This document shows, one piece after another, positions 10,399 to 21,213 of a stretch of DNA of 64,000 nucleotides; within the stretch, counting starts at the first letter, position 1, and each line of letters begins with the position of its first letter. The DNA is from Ostreococcus lucimarinus (Eukaryota). Under the pieces are notes generated by a model. It saw nothing but the letters and a program-made list of their open reading frames with translations, was not told where the DNA came from and ran no database searches. The stretch is taken from NCBI GenBank assembly GCA_000092065.1, contig CP000598.1; one strand, 5' to 3'. The translations under genes and the position numbers were made by a program.

Positions 10399-10594
10399 CG
10401 ACGACGACCGCGCGTTCGCGTTCGCGTTGTGGGGCGACGTCGCGACGGGCGCGCGTTCGCCCCGAGTCGTCGGCGCGCTTCAAAGCTCGACGCGGAGACG
10501 AATTCGATCGATCCGACCATCGCGCACCGCGAATGTCCGACGCGTCACGCGAACCGGCGCGCGTCGAGTAGAGCGACTCGGCGCGCGCGCCGCG

Positions 10595-11395
10595 ATGCGC
10601 GTGCTCGTGCTCGGGTCGAGCGGGTTGATCGGCGCACCCTTGGTGGCTCGTCTTCGTCGCGCCGGTCACGATGTCACGGAATGGGACGTCGCCATGGATC
10701 GCGCGCACGATTTAACGGACGCCGCGAACGTGCCTGGCGCGCGCGACGCGATCGAGTCGAGTGATTTCGTCTTCTTTCTCGCCTTTGACGTCGGCGGCGC
10801 AAAGTACATCAGTACTCCCACCGCGAGTTTCATCCATCGAAACAGTCTCTTGATGGCGAACACGTTTAGTTTACTGCACGGCAAGCGGTTCGTTTTCGCC
10901 TCGAGCACGATGTCAAACATGGACGTCCCTTACGGCACTTTAAAACGTCTCGGCGAGCACTACACGAGCGTGCTCTCTGGAATCTCTGTGCGATTCTGGA
11001 ACGTCTACGGTCCTCAAAAGTACGGCGAGAGATCGCACGTGATCACCGATTTTATTCACAAGCTTCGAACGACCGGTTCGATTACCATGATGACTTCTGG
11101 CGCAGAAAAGCGCCAGTTTCTGCACACAGAAGACTGCGCGCGGTGTTTGGAAACAATCGCCGCGCACTACGACGAGATGCCACCCGTAGTAGACGTCACG
11201 AGTTTCGAGTGGACGACTGTTAGGGAGCTGGCTGAGTTGCTTTGCGATGACGTGGTCGCTCGTAACGACAACCGAGACAGCCACACGAAGTCGAACGAAC
11301 CGAGTCCGTTCATCCTTAGTTACTGGCGCCCCGCGATAAGTTTACGAGAAGGCATCGCGCAACTGCTCGCAGAATCAAGGACGGCGAAACGTTAA
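10595..11395 (+). CDS. Short NAD(P)-dependent epimerase/dehydratase (extended SDR).
   Basis: The ATG at 10595 begins MRVLVLGSSGLIGAPLV (GxxGxxG); PYGTLK gives YxxxK. The upstream part of the tracked ORF (9659-10594) is antisense to the GT32-like gene and is not taken as coding. Confidence 0.55.
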   Translation: MRVLVLGSSGLIGAPLVARLRRAGHDVTEWDVAMDRAHDLTDAANVPGARDAIESSDFVFFLAFDVGGAKYISTPTASFIHRNSLLMANTFSLLHGKRFVFASSTMSNMDVPYGTLKRLGEHYTSVLSGISVRFWNVYGPQKYGERSHVITDFIHKLRTTGSITMMTSGAEKRQFLHTEDCARCLETIAAHYDEMPPVVDVTSFEWTTVRELAELLCDDVVARNDNRDSHTKSNEPSPFILSYWRPAISLREGIAQLLAESRTAKR

Positions 11396-11599
11396 AGACG
11401 TAGTGCGCAAAACACGTAGCACTCTTAGTAGTTTAGCAGTAGTGTTCAACTTAGCCGTAAAACGATGCTTTAAGACGCCGAGATGGAGAATGGCTCGTCC
11501 TCACTCCGCAGCGCTTTGTCACGCGAAGACGCTCGCGAGTCAGAAGTACGATGAGACATCACTACAAACCCACACACGTGATCTCACAGTAGCTTTACG

Positions 11600-13117
11600 A
11601 TGCCGCGATTCAGTAGGAAACGCGCGTTGAGCATACTTTTTGCGTGCGTCGTCACGAGTTCGATTTATTTCTACGCTTCGCACACGGGACGTTCGAAAAT
11701 CTCGATAGCAGTCGACGACATCGCGAAACGTGCGAGTGCGCTCCATTCGCCACGCTCGCGAGATGTGGAAAGCTTACGCAGCGTCTCTCGTCGCGCGAGC
11801 CCGGTTGCGAGTTTTGACTTTGAGTTCGCCGAGTTGAAGTTTCAAAGAGTCGTCGACGCGAGCGCCGTCGGCGACGCCGCTTCAACCACGCCGGCGTCTA
11901 TATCGTGCGACTCCGCTATTAACGACTCCGCGCGAGTCTTGACGGATGATTTCAGCGAAATCCTGGCGTGGGCATCGGCGGTGCGGCGCGAGTCGAAACT
12001 AGTGCATCTGGTGAAGTCAGCGACGCCGAGGGTGTTCGTCACCGGCTTGCTACACAACAGCTGCGTGCTCATGCACCACTACGTCGTCGAGGTGTTGAAG
12101 TTTATTCTCCTGTACGGCAACGATGAAGGTTTTGAGAATGTCTTCGTATCCCTGTACTCGAGCGGCGACGGTGACTGCGCGGTGTTGACGCTCGAAGCGT
12201 TCAAAGAACTTTTAGACGCCATCGGCGTTCCAAACGTCATCAAGACTCGGCAACGCGAGCGTATTCCTGGCATGGCGCGCATCGACTTTTTGCAAAGCAT
12301 TCGAAACGCGGCGATGGAACCTTTATATTTGAGTGATACACCGTACGACGAAGTCGTGTTTCTTTCTGACGCATTCTTTTGCGCCGGAGACATTGTGCGC
12401 TTGCTACGTCACACCGAAGCGAGCATCAAGTGTGGATTAGATTTTGATGGTACCACGAACGCGATGAAGTTTCGAGACACGTGGGTCGCGCACGACATGA
12501 GTGGACGCATGTTCACCAAAGAGTTCCCGTTTGTGCACGACGTCGTCTCGTCGCACGCCTTGAACGGCGGGGCACCTTTCCAGGTTTTGTGCTGCTGGAA
12601 TGGCCTACTGACCTTGCGTGCAAAAGTATTTACTGATCTCGGCGTGCGGTTTAGACGCTCTTTAGACGATACAGAGTGTCACGCCGCGGAAACCGAGCTC
12701 ATTTGTCACGATTTTGCGGCGCTTGGACACCCGAAGATGTTGGTTGATCCGCAAGTGACGGTGACGTATACAAAGGCGGAGTACGTCGCGCTGAGTAATT
12801 CGCGCTCGAGCCCGCACTCGTATTCTTTGAGGCGCACAAACATGTTCTCGAATGAGTCGATCGCTACGGTGGAGACGTGGGCAGAGCGCCCGTCGAGCAC
12901 GGAATGTGCCCCACTCGATGGGCACGCGGGCGATCATCCAGACAGAGGACGAATTCGACACGTCGATTGGAACGCGCACTACGCCGAAATGGGTGTTCCT
13001 GTTGCATCGGAGAAGAAGATTACGAGTTTACACGCCTGTGACGGTCCTTCGGCGAGCCAGTGCGTGCTGAGTGGTGGTAAACGCGCATTTGTTTCGCGCG
13101 ACGCGATGAGTAGATGA
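11600..13117 (+). CDS. Type II membrane protein; the putative glycosyltransferase (Cap59/GT69-like) assignment is a guess.
   Basis: The ATG is at 11600. There is a signal anchor (ALSILFACVVTSSIYFYA) and a luminal globular domain with a DxD-like DAFFCAGD. It lies inside the glycosylation island. Confidence 0.35.
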   Translation: MPRFSRKRALSILFACVVTSSIYFYASHTGRSKISIAVDDIAKRASALHSPRSRDVESLRSVSRRASPVASFDFEFAELKFQRVVDASAVGDAASTTPASISCDSAINDSARVLTDDFSEILAWASAVRRESKLVHLVKSATPRVFVTGLLHNSCVLMHHYVVEVLKFILLYGNDEGFENVFVSLYSSGDGDCAVLTLEAFKELLDAIGVPNVIKTRQRERIPGMARIDFLQSIRNAAMEPLYLSDTPYDEVVFLSDAFFCAGDIVRLLRHTEASIKCGLDFDGTTNAMKFRDTWVAHDMSGRMFTKEFPFVHDVVSSHALNGGAPFQVLCCWNGLLTLRAKVFTDLGVRFRRSLDDTECHAAETELICHDFAALGHPKMLVDPQVTVTYTKAEYVALSNSRSSPHSYSLRRTNMFSNESIATVETWAERPSSTECAPLDGHAGDHPDRGRIRHVDWNAHYAEMGVPVASEKKITSLHACDGPSASQCVLSGGKRAFVSRDAMSR

Positions 13118-13235
13118 ATAAAACATTCAGATTTGCTGGCAGCGGTGATTGGAACGCTTGCAGTATGACTTTCGTTTGACGTGATGAAACGTGTAGTAAC
13201 CTGTGCATTATAACTATCAACATTTATTACCAATT

Positions 13236-14258
13236 TTAGACTACATTTGAATACAGAAACGTCGACCCGATGACGAGCGCTATGCCGAGAGATGCCGTAA
13301 CGCTCAGGTTGTGTCCGTCGTTGGCGAACACCGTCGTCGCGAGGGCGCAATTACATATGGAAATAGACACGGCAAAGCATTTGAGCACGTTCCCCGCGTA
13401 TCGCAACACCGCCGCGACGACTAAACCACCGGCGGCTTGTAGCGCGATGACGAGCAACACGACGCTGTCGTATCCTTGAAACACGCTTTCGTTCGCGCGC
13501 AAGCGCTCTCCATCGCGCCACACTGATCCAATCAACGCCACTGGAAGTGAAAAGCACGCCAGTTGTGCGTTTCGGAACCATACCGATCGCTTTTGAGCGT
13601 CCACTTCTTTGTACATTTTCTCTAAATACGCCCCCGCGAAACCAGACGTAAACGCGGCGGTGAGCACGGCGACCATACCTCGCAGAGTGTCTTCCGGCCG
13701 CGCTCTATCCGACGGCACATTGCTCCGATGTCCTTCCTCGTTCTGTACCATGATCATCCCACACACGAGCACCAACAACGCTACATATTGTTTACGCGTG
13801 ATTCGCGTTCCCAGGAGCACGACGCTACAAATCGCGCTCGTGAGAATTTTGCTCTGCGAACACACCATGTATGCGGTCGGGCTCAGCAACCGCACGCCCT
13901 CGAAAAGGAGGTTGTTTTGTATCACGTACAGCACCGATGGGACCGCGAGCCGCGTCGCGTTGGATGGCACCTCGCGAAGCGCGTCCCGGGCGGCGCTTTG
14001 TCCGTCGGACGCGACCAACAAAATATAGCTCAAAACGAGTTTGACGAGCTCGGCGCTCGCGATGACTGTGGATACGACGTAAGGCGTCGCGGCTGTTCGA
14101 TACGAAAACTTCGTCATGAGCACCAAGGCGGTGTTTTGGATCGTCAAGATGAAAAGCGCCAGCGCTTGATGCTTTCGCGACGCTGACGAAGTGACTGGAA
14201 CGACGCCTGATGCACGCGTCGTGGTGTTTGCCTTTCGCTCCAGGTAAGGTGCCTGCAT
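13236..14258 (-). CDS. Nucleotide-sugar transporter of the UDP-Gal/CMP-Sia (SLC35A, Nuc_sug_transp) family.
   Basis: About 10 hydrophobic segments are present, and TSGFAGAYLEKMYKE matches the SLC35A motif GFAGVYFEKILK. The first in-frame ATG is at 14258; the tracked start at 14300 is TTG. Confidence 0.7.
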   Translation of the reverse strand: MQAPYLERKANTTTRASGVVPVTSSASRKHQALALFILTIQNTALVLMTKFSYRTAATPYVVSTVIASAELVKLVLSYILLVASDGQSAARDALREVPSNATRLAVPSVLYVIQNNLLFEGVRLLSPTAYMVCSQSKILTSAICSVVLLGTRITRKQYVALLVLVCGMIMVQNEEGHRSNVPSDRARPEDTLRGMVAVLTAAFTSGFAGAYLEKMYKEVDAQKRSVWFRNAQLACFSLPVALIGSVWRDGERLRANESVFQGYDSVVLLVIALQAAGGLVVAAVLRYAGNVLKCFAVSISICNCALATTVFANDGHNLSVTASLGIALVIGSTFLYSNVV

Positions 14259-14300
14259 ATGTCGATTCGCCAACGCTGTTTCGCTGAACGCAATACTCAA

Positions 14301-15296
14301 CTACACTTCGTTACTGCGATGCGACGTAAACTTCCCGTAGGACAGCGACGTGTCGCGCGAAAATCTTCGCGAGCGCCGAATGAAGATTTCGCCGCGATGC
14401 GTCTCTCGGCCGAAGGATGAGCGGAAGTGTATATCACGCTCGCAGGCGCGATATGTTGTCGAAACTGCGCGGGGCGAAAATTTCACCTGTTGAATTAATT
14501 TCACCGCGTAAAATTTAAGGGCGAGTAAGAGATAGAAATTCCTTGTCGGAATAGCGAGTAATTTTCCAATTTTCGCTATTCTTTTTTTTCAAAAGAGATG
14601 GGCCGGAATAAAAACGCTCCGTGCCAACCTCGCGACGCGTTGCGCGCGAACGACGCGCGCTCAACGACGAAAGATCAACGCATGACGTGAGCGAGACACA
14701 ATTTCACGAGCGTGGCGTCGCGACTCGACCGATATCACGGTGGTGCGCGCTCATTCAATTTGAGGTGCTTTTCCAAAAGAGTTAGAACATGATGTTACAA
14801 CAACGACGCACGGCGCGCGCGACTGCCCGCTATCGACTATGAAACGGTTGAAAACGATGCGCGCGCGTTACTGTTAATTAATGCGCGTCACGGCTTCCAC
14901 CATCGCGCGCGGCACTGGCGCGGCGACGGTGACGCTTCGAATTGTTTTTCAAAAGAGATAGCCGGAAGAGCGTTGTCGGCATAAGACCCCCTAAAAATTA
15001 ACTCGTCACGTGACGAGTCGTCGCTATGCGAACAAGATCCTTGTCCGCGTAAATCGGCCCGATTTACGCGGATAAAAAGCTTGTCCGCATAAGATTTACG
15101 CGGATAAGCCATCTCTTATGAAAAAAAACGGCCCTTATCCGCGTAAATCGCCGATTCTATTTTCGAATTTCGCATCTCTTAGTCGGCCTAACGCGGTTAA
15201 CGTTCATCTAGACCGACGGTCGGGTATGTCCTGGTAAAACCGTTGTCGCACTCTGAGGCCCCGCGCACATTCGACAGACGTCGCTGTTTTGAAGCG
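14301..15296. promoter_or_regulatory. Divergent intergenic/promoter region. It contains an 18-bp perfect palindrome with a G-box core (actcgtcacgtgacgagt, 15001-15018), a 27-bp perfect inverted repeat (ccgcgtaaatcggcccgatttacgcgg, 15045-15071), and three copies of tttt(c)caaaagag(a/t)t(g/a)g.
   Basis: Read directly from the sequence. There is no long ORF. The region is flanked by divergently oriented transporter (-) and methyltransferase (+) genes. Confidence 0.35.
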
Positions 15297-16436
15297 ATGC
15301 GAAACAAACGAAGGACGCGACGGCTTCGTATCACGGTGATTTCCATTACGCTGGCGTCATCCATGTCGTTCATCATGTACCGTAGTCTTTCGTCGTCGTC
15401 GTCGTCGTTGAAAACGCACCGTGACGACGTCTCGCCACTTGAACGTTCAATCGCTGACGTCGTGCGCGACTTAAAGGCTACGCGCGAGCGTGTGTTGCGC
15501 GATGTTTTAGCGACCGCAGTGAGTACGGATACGACGGATGCGCGAGAGGTCGAAAACAGTTCGCCGATCGCGGACGCGCTCGATCAAGCGAAGCGAATCA
15601 TCGAGAACTTTGACCGCGCTGGTCGCTCGAACGCCAGAGAGGATGAAGCCGAATCACTCGAGACGTTACGTAGTGTAGTCGAGAGCGTGAGTGATGTACA
15701 ACGTTTAGCGGCAAATCCGAATTCGCCGGTGGTGAGGCGCGCGAAGAAGCGTTCAGAGCTGTTCAACAGAATTCACGACGCAAATTTATGGGGCAGCGCG
15801 GAGTCGAGATCCGGGGGCGGTTCGACGAAAGCGACGACGAGTACCGCGGCGAGATGTATCGGCGAATGGATTCGAAAGTATGACATCAAGACTTTCTTGG
15901 ACTTGCCGTGCGGCGACGCGAATTGGCAAGCAGGCATCCCTGGGATTGAGAACGTAAGATACACTGGCATGGATATAAGCGTCGGCGCGCTCGAGACGGC
16001 GAAGACGCGCATGTCTGAGGTTCAAACCGATATCGACGATTTTCGCACGCATGATATCGTCGCGTTACCTATGCGCCAACGTTACGACGCCATCATGCAT
16101 CGCGACGTCGTGCAACACTTGTCTTACGAAGAAGCCCTGCGAGGTTTGTCCAATTTCGCGAAGAGCGGTTCGACGTACTTCATCGTCAGCACGCACCCGA
16201 AATCGACGGAGCGAGGCGTGGAATCGGACGTCGGTGTAGCGCGCGATATTGGATACACGTATCAAAACAACATGCAGTCGGAGCCATTCAACTTCCCGCC
16301 GCCGTTGGAAATGTGCGACAACTACGCGAACAACGACGCTTCAAAGATTGCGATTTGGAGAATCGCGGACCTTCCGAATTTCGAACGTAAGCTCGCGCAT
16401 ATTTCAACGCACGAAAGCGGCGCGCGAAAGATTTGA
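15297..16436 (+). CDS. Membrane-anchored class I SAM-dependent methyltransferase (possibly a sugar O-methyltransferase).
   Basis: The first ATG is at 15297 (the tracked start 15243 is TTG). There is a signal anchor (ITVISITLASSMSFIM), a motif-I-like FLDLPCGDANW, and a later DVVQHL acidic motif. Confidence 0.5.
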   Translation: MRNKRRTRRLRITVISITLASSMSFIMYRSLSSSSSSLKTHRDDVSPLERSIADVVRDLKATRERVLRDVLATAVSTDTTDAREVENSSPIADALDQAKRIIENFDRAGRSNAREDEAESLETLRSVVESVSDVQRLAANPNSPVVRRAKKRSELFNRIHDANLWGSAESRSGGGSTKATTSTAARCIGEWIRKYDIKTFLDLPCGDANWQAGIPGIENVRYTGMDISVGALETAKTRMSEVQTDIDDFRTHDIVALPMRQRYDAIMHRDVVQHLSYEEALRGLSNFAKSGSTYFIVSTHPKSTERGVESDVGVARDIGYTYQNNMQSEPFNFPPPLEMCDNYANNDASKIAIWRIADLPNFERKLAHISTHESGARKI

Positions 16437-16439
16437 CGT

Positions 16440-17110
16440 TAGCGTAGCGCGGGTTGTCATTCGCCACCACGCGCTCGAGCGTCGCGCGCGGCGACGCGCG
16501 GCGCGACGCTCGAGCGCGCATCGACCGGCGTCGCTCGTTCGCACCAAACCGCGCGCCAAACGCGCGCGGCGCGTTCGAACGTCGCCGTCGCGCGCGTCGC
16601 GAGAAAAGGCGCGAAATCACACGCGCGCGCGGCGCTAAGATTGCGTGTCCACGTGATCGTATTGCAGTGATCCAAACGACCGTGTGAATAAAACTCGAAA
16701 CACCATAAAAACCAACGCCGCGCCCGCGTCGCGCGCGGCGTCGCGCGTCGCCGCGCGCGAGGGCGTCTCGGGGTTGGGCGTCGCGCGCGTCGAGCGACGC
16801 GCCGCTCGCGGACGGGCGAATCGAATCGTGCGCGCGCGCGGCGCGCACGTCGCGCGGCGCGCGGCTTGCGGCGCACGTCGCGCGGCGTGCGCGCGGCGAG
16901 AGGTCGCGCGGCGCGCGGTCGCGCGCGCGCGCGACGAATTCGACGACGTTCCGTGAGCCGCATTCCGCGTCGTCATCCATCGACGCTCACGGCGTCGGGA
17001 TCGCGACGACGACGCGCGCGCGCGGTGCGTTAGGTGCGTCGTGTTGTTGAATAGTGCGCGAGCGCGTCGGTGCGCGTCGGGGCGATCGCCGCGCGCGTGT
17101 GGCGAGCAAA
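16440..17110. repeat. Low-complexity CpG-only tract of roughly 650 bp ((CGCG)n / gtcgcgcg-type), followed by a (GATTT)n microsatellite at ~17133-17175.
   Basis: Read directly. The Arg-rich ORFs on both strands here are artefacts of the composition. Confidence 0.5.
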
Positions 17111-19722
17111 CACGCGTCGGGCGCTCTGATAGATTTGATTTGATTTGTTTGATGTGTTTGATTTGATTAGTGATATTGAAGTCGCCGTCGGCGCGGCGCG
17201 TCCGCGGTTCGGTCATCGCTACCGCGAAGACACCGCGGGACCACCGGTGCATTCAGCTGGTGAACGATTGACGTGTCTCGCACCGAGCAAAATCCCCGAG
17301 GCTTGCTTGCGTCGCTTATAGGGAGTTGCTTCGTCGCACACACGCTGCGAAAAAAAAGCGTGTCATTATTAATTATTTTATTTCTGATGAGATCAACCTT
17401 GGCGTGCTCGAAGATCCATCGAGCCGCCTTTAATGCGGGTAGGATTGCTCGCGAAAATGTGGCGGTATCGATGTATGCGTCGCCGGCCGCAGCGGACCTC
17501 GCCGCGCCTAAGTAGACGAAACACTAACTGAAGAATAATTCCAATGAAAAAATTGCGAGGGGCATGGTCAAAACGCAACGTACGGGATTTGACGATGCTC
17601 AAGAGTCTCGATTCATTGGGTGGGGCTAATCATTACGACATATGTCGAACCGCGTAGCGTTCTAACGTCGCCTCTTTGCGTTCAAAGTGTATGGAGGAAT
17701 TCAAAATAATTTTGCATTCAGTAAAATAAACCAGTGTAATTCGTGAAAACTAAAATCTGCAAGAATCGAGCGACGGGCGCGAATTACGACTGCTGGCTCC
17801 TCACATCGATCCAGATGATGACGTTGGTTGTCTGCAAACAGCGATGAAACCAACTTCGCGTCGAGTGCGTGCCGCAAATAATTAATATTTAAAATAAATA
17901 TTTAAAATAAATTACAATGAATTCCCTCGGATTGGTGATGTTGTTCGCTTTAACGCACGTTCAAACACTCGAGCGTCATCCTCGCCTCGTGCACTCCTTC
18001 GTGACGCTCAATTGGCTGTCTATGTGCCACACCACGGTCACTCTACCTGTCTAACTTTGACGAACAGCGCGTTGAAGACGTGCGTAATTATTTAATTAGT
18101 ATTTGTTTTCAGGAAATAAATTTTGCGGCAGACAATGGTGACCTTAATCTCACACGTTAGCGACCTGTAGACGCCGACCTCGTTAATCTTATCCGTTTAC
18201 GCGAAAATGGCTTCTTTCTGCACAACCATCTGCGTATTTTGGAATTATTTCACGTCGATTGCTTACATAAATATTTCAAAGACGGCCTCGTTTTCGTGGT
18301 CGCGGAGTGCGTCGATGTCGATTCTCCGGCACAATTACCCTGCCACGCTTCTGCACTTCGCGCGCTGATACTGATGAGCGCGACGACGGCGTCGTTCGAA
18401 TTCGAGACGCCAGTCGGTCGGTTTCAAGCCGCGCGGCGCAGCGACAAAAGTTAGAACAGAGCGAACGTCCACGCGCTCGCGTTTTGCGCACGACGAGGCG
18501 TTCGTGCGTCAATGTCACCCATCAAGCGTCGCGCGACGCGCGATGAGATTAGTGGCGCGTCGTGTGGGAACACGGACGAGCGAACCAATTCTCGTGACGG
18601 GGGTGTCTTCGTCTCCGGCGATGATGACTGTCGCACGCCAGATTCGGATTTTCGCACGCCTGGTTCAACGTTCGCCGGTGTTTATATAAGGGGGGTTGTC
18701 ACGCAGACCGCCAATGTCTCAGTAGTGGCGTGTGTATGCACATCGAACAATGGTGTCTTTCAGTGATGGCGTGTGTATTTTTGTAATGTATGTTTCCGTG
18801 ATGGCGTGTGTATTTTGCAATATATCAGTACTAAGTATATATTACTTTCCACGCCCTAATGTATGGGGTGTTAGCACTTCTCGATCGCCACGCGCGCGCG
18901 CTTGGCTTTTGCATGTGAAATTTCGCGAGTCATCACTCGAGAATAAGTACACCGCACGCACCGATTCTCGCGTCTTAAGTCCGCGCCGTCGCCGAGATAT
19001 CAGTCGATGTTGAGCTCATTTTTTTGTGGGCGACGACGCGAGGTAGCACTCGGTGACGCAAAACGCGAGCGCGGTCGATTTGCGGCGTGGTATTACATTG
19101 TCATCTACTGTTCAATTCCTAGTTTGTCATTTCGCTATCTTTTCGTACATTTGTTTCGTCTAGTTTTCTTCGTCGCTCGGGACGTCATCATCTTCATCGT
19201 CTTCGTCGTCATTTTCGTCGGCAGCGCCGCTCGCATTCACGGGCCGCCCTGGAAGCTCCTGGTCGGAGTCGGGGTAGAATTCGGGATGGTGCACGGAGAG
19301 GTACTCCAAGCATTCATCTTTGATCGCCTGCTTTCTGTCACCTTGCCTCGGTCGCTTGTTCGTCGCGACGCCGTAAATCACCCTCCGCGATCCTCAACTA
19401 GTAGCATCATCAGTTAATACCATCAAACTGAAGTTATTTTTATGAACACGATATCGATAGTTTGTCCAGACGGACGAGATGTAAATCAATGAAACTGAGA
19501 CCGTGTCTCGAGCAGAGACACTAATCGCCGTGTGAGACAACACCGATCAACGTGATGTCGCAACATCAGTTTATTACCTTCGCGAACTGACGAGTAAAAT
19601 TCACCAGTGATGAATGTGGTCTTCAGCAGCCGCCCGCTTTAGGATTTTGACTCCTTTGTGGTCTAACGTCAATGTAATATCAAGATGGGTTCCGGTTGAC
19701 TACTGAAACCACCTGCGGTGAA

Positions 19723-20772
19723 TTACACGATTACATTGATATGTTTCGCCAGTTCAACGGCATACTCATAGAGTTCTACGTCGTATTTGAACTTTTGATA
19801 TAAAGCTGCCTGAACTTGTACATCGCCTTGATAAAAATCCTCGTCCTTCACACTACGTAGAGTATTGTTTGAGCTACGACTCGAATCAATCGTGAAGTTG
19901 GTAACACCAAGATTTTGAAAGAACACGCGCAAATCCTGATCGTATGTTTCTCTGACCAATATTGCGCTGAAGTGTCGTAATCGTTCTTTCGCGGTTTCAA
20001 GAAGAAGGGCCATTATTTCATCTCTAGTCATCGTCGCTAGTTGCGTGGTGTTCTTCAATGATGTCGCTGTCGCTATCGATTGTATGTCATCAGTTCTTGT
20101 TATGCCAGTCAAAGAAAATATTATATGCCCTGGTACGCTTTCACGATGTGTGTCCATGAGGAGGTTTTCTCTGAATGAATGCGATGCCAGTCTAGCCGCA
20201 TAGCTTGTCGCAGACAGCTCGGAAATTTGCTGCGCTGTATACCCGCTCTTTCTGAAATAGTTGACGTTATGCGCGATATGACTGTTATACATGTCGTATG
20301 GATGTCGAATAGCGGTGGCGTACACCCAAGGACGTTCAGTGCTTGTGTTGAAATGAGGTGACATAGGGTGCTCCATCCCAAAAAATTCAACTCGTCGTCC
20401 CCCGGTAGTCAACTCAGAGAACAAATCCTGCTGCTGTTCGAAGTCACCGTAGGCACGCGCGTCAGGTCCGCAGGTTGGTGAGGTCACTAACTCACAGTTA
20501 CAACTCCGGTTTCCGCGCACTCCTGCTCCTGACGCATCCATGGAGCTGCACAGCGTTGTCCCACCAGCCTTCTTCAAGTGCACAAAATATACTACACTCT
20601 GTCCCTGGCGCGTTCTGAACCGCCTAACAGCATCAATATCACTTCGCTCGTATTCCGTCGGGATGACGTGCTTTGCAACTCGTTTTACCAGATCATCACC
20701 AGAGTTTCGCAAGTATATCGATGAGCCCCACGTGGCGATTAAACACCCTATGACGAAGATTCGCGCTTGCAT
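19723..20772 (-). CDS. Type II membrane carbohydrate sulfotransferase (Sulfotransfer_2 / HS6ST-like).
   Basis: The first ATG is at 20772 (the tracked start at 20814 is TTG). There is a signal anchor (IFVIGCLIATWGSSIYL). The 5'-PSB-like motif VVYFVHLKKAGGTTL matches FIHIQKTGGTTF. Confidence 0.6.
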   Translation of the reverse strand: MQARIFVIGCLIATWGSSIYLRNSGDDLVKRVAKHVIPTEYERSDIDAVRRFRTRQGQSVVYFVHLKKAGGTTLCSSMDASGAGVRGNRSCNCELVTSPTCGPDARAYGDFEQQQDLFSELTTGGRRVEFFGMEHPMSPHFNTSTERPWVYATAIRHPYDMYNSHIAHNVNYFRKSGYTAQQISELSATSYAARLASHSFRENLLMDTHRESVPGHIIFSLTGITRTDDIQSIATATSLKNTTQLATMTRDEIMALLLETAKERLRHFSAILVRETYDQDLRVFFQNLGVTNFTIDSSRSSNNTLRSVKDEDFYQGDVQVQAALYQKFKYDVELYEYAVELAKHINVIV

Positions 20773-21023
20773 ACGTCGTTCACGGTGGTTCGAAAACGAA
20801 ATAGTTGCATCCAAGTTTGTTCATGTCGTAGCGCGTCACTACACACCGCGCGCGTCCGGGTGACGCTGATTGGCGCGGGAAGCGGCCGTGGCAGCCTATG
20901 AGAAACCTTGGGTATAAGTCGCGATGGTTGCCGCGGAACTGGCTAAATCCAGCCTTGTTTTTTGGGGTGGGGTAAAACGACCAATCGTGACTCAATATCC
21001 GTTTATATATTTAGTGCACACTT

Positions 21024-21198
21024 TGCGAGCTATACCTTATATGATGGTGAGCAATCGGGCCTAGTGCGTCGATAAGTGATGATAATTACAATCAGTTGTG
21101 GTTAGTTCATTAATGAGTGTTAACTCGTCAATTAGTCCCGCTAGGTTACTAGGGGAAGCTACTATATTTCATATTTTACTCTTCAGATTTCTAACACA
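21024..21198 (-). repeat. copia 3' LTR
   Basis: Identical to 26579-26753 and preceded by the PPT. Confidence 0.8.
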
Positions 21199-21213
21199 CC
21201 TCCTTAGCTTTCT

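Noticed and set aside
9659-10594. The 5' two-thirds of the tracked 578-aa ORF 9659-11395
   Set aside because: It is antisense to the GT32-like gene on the minus strand and has low-complexity Arg/Ser composition. Only the SDR domain from the ATG at 10595 looks real.
16288-17252. Multiple Arg-rich ORFs on both strands (230, 205 and 168 aa, etc.)
   Set aside because: They are generated by the (CGCG)n low-complexity tract and have no domain-like sequence.
17520-19000. AT-richer gene-poor stretch with the short repeats tt(t)c(a)gtgatggcgtgtgt (also at 28478-28540)
   Set aside because: Only a ~18-bp motif is shared, and no structure or ORF was found. It is noted as a minor dispersed motif only.
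19160-19381. 73-aa acidic-tailed ORF (DENDDEDDEDDD)
   Set aside because: It has no ATG (GTG start only) and no recognisable fold. It is possibly an exon, but there is no support.
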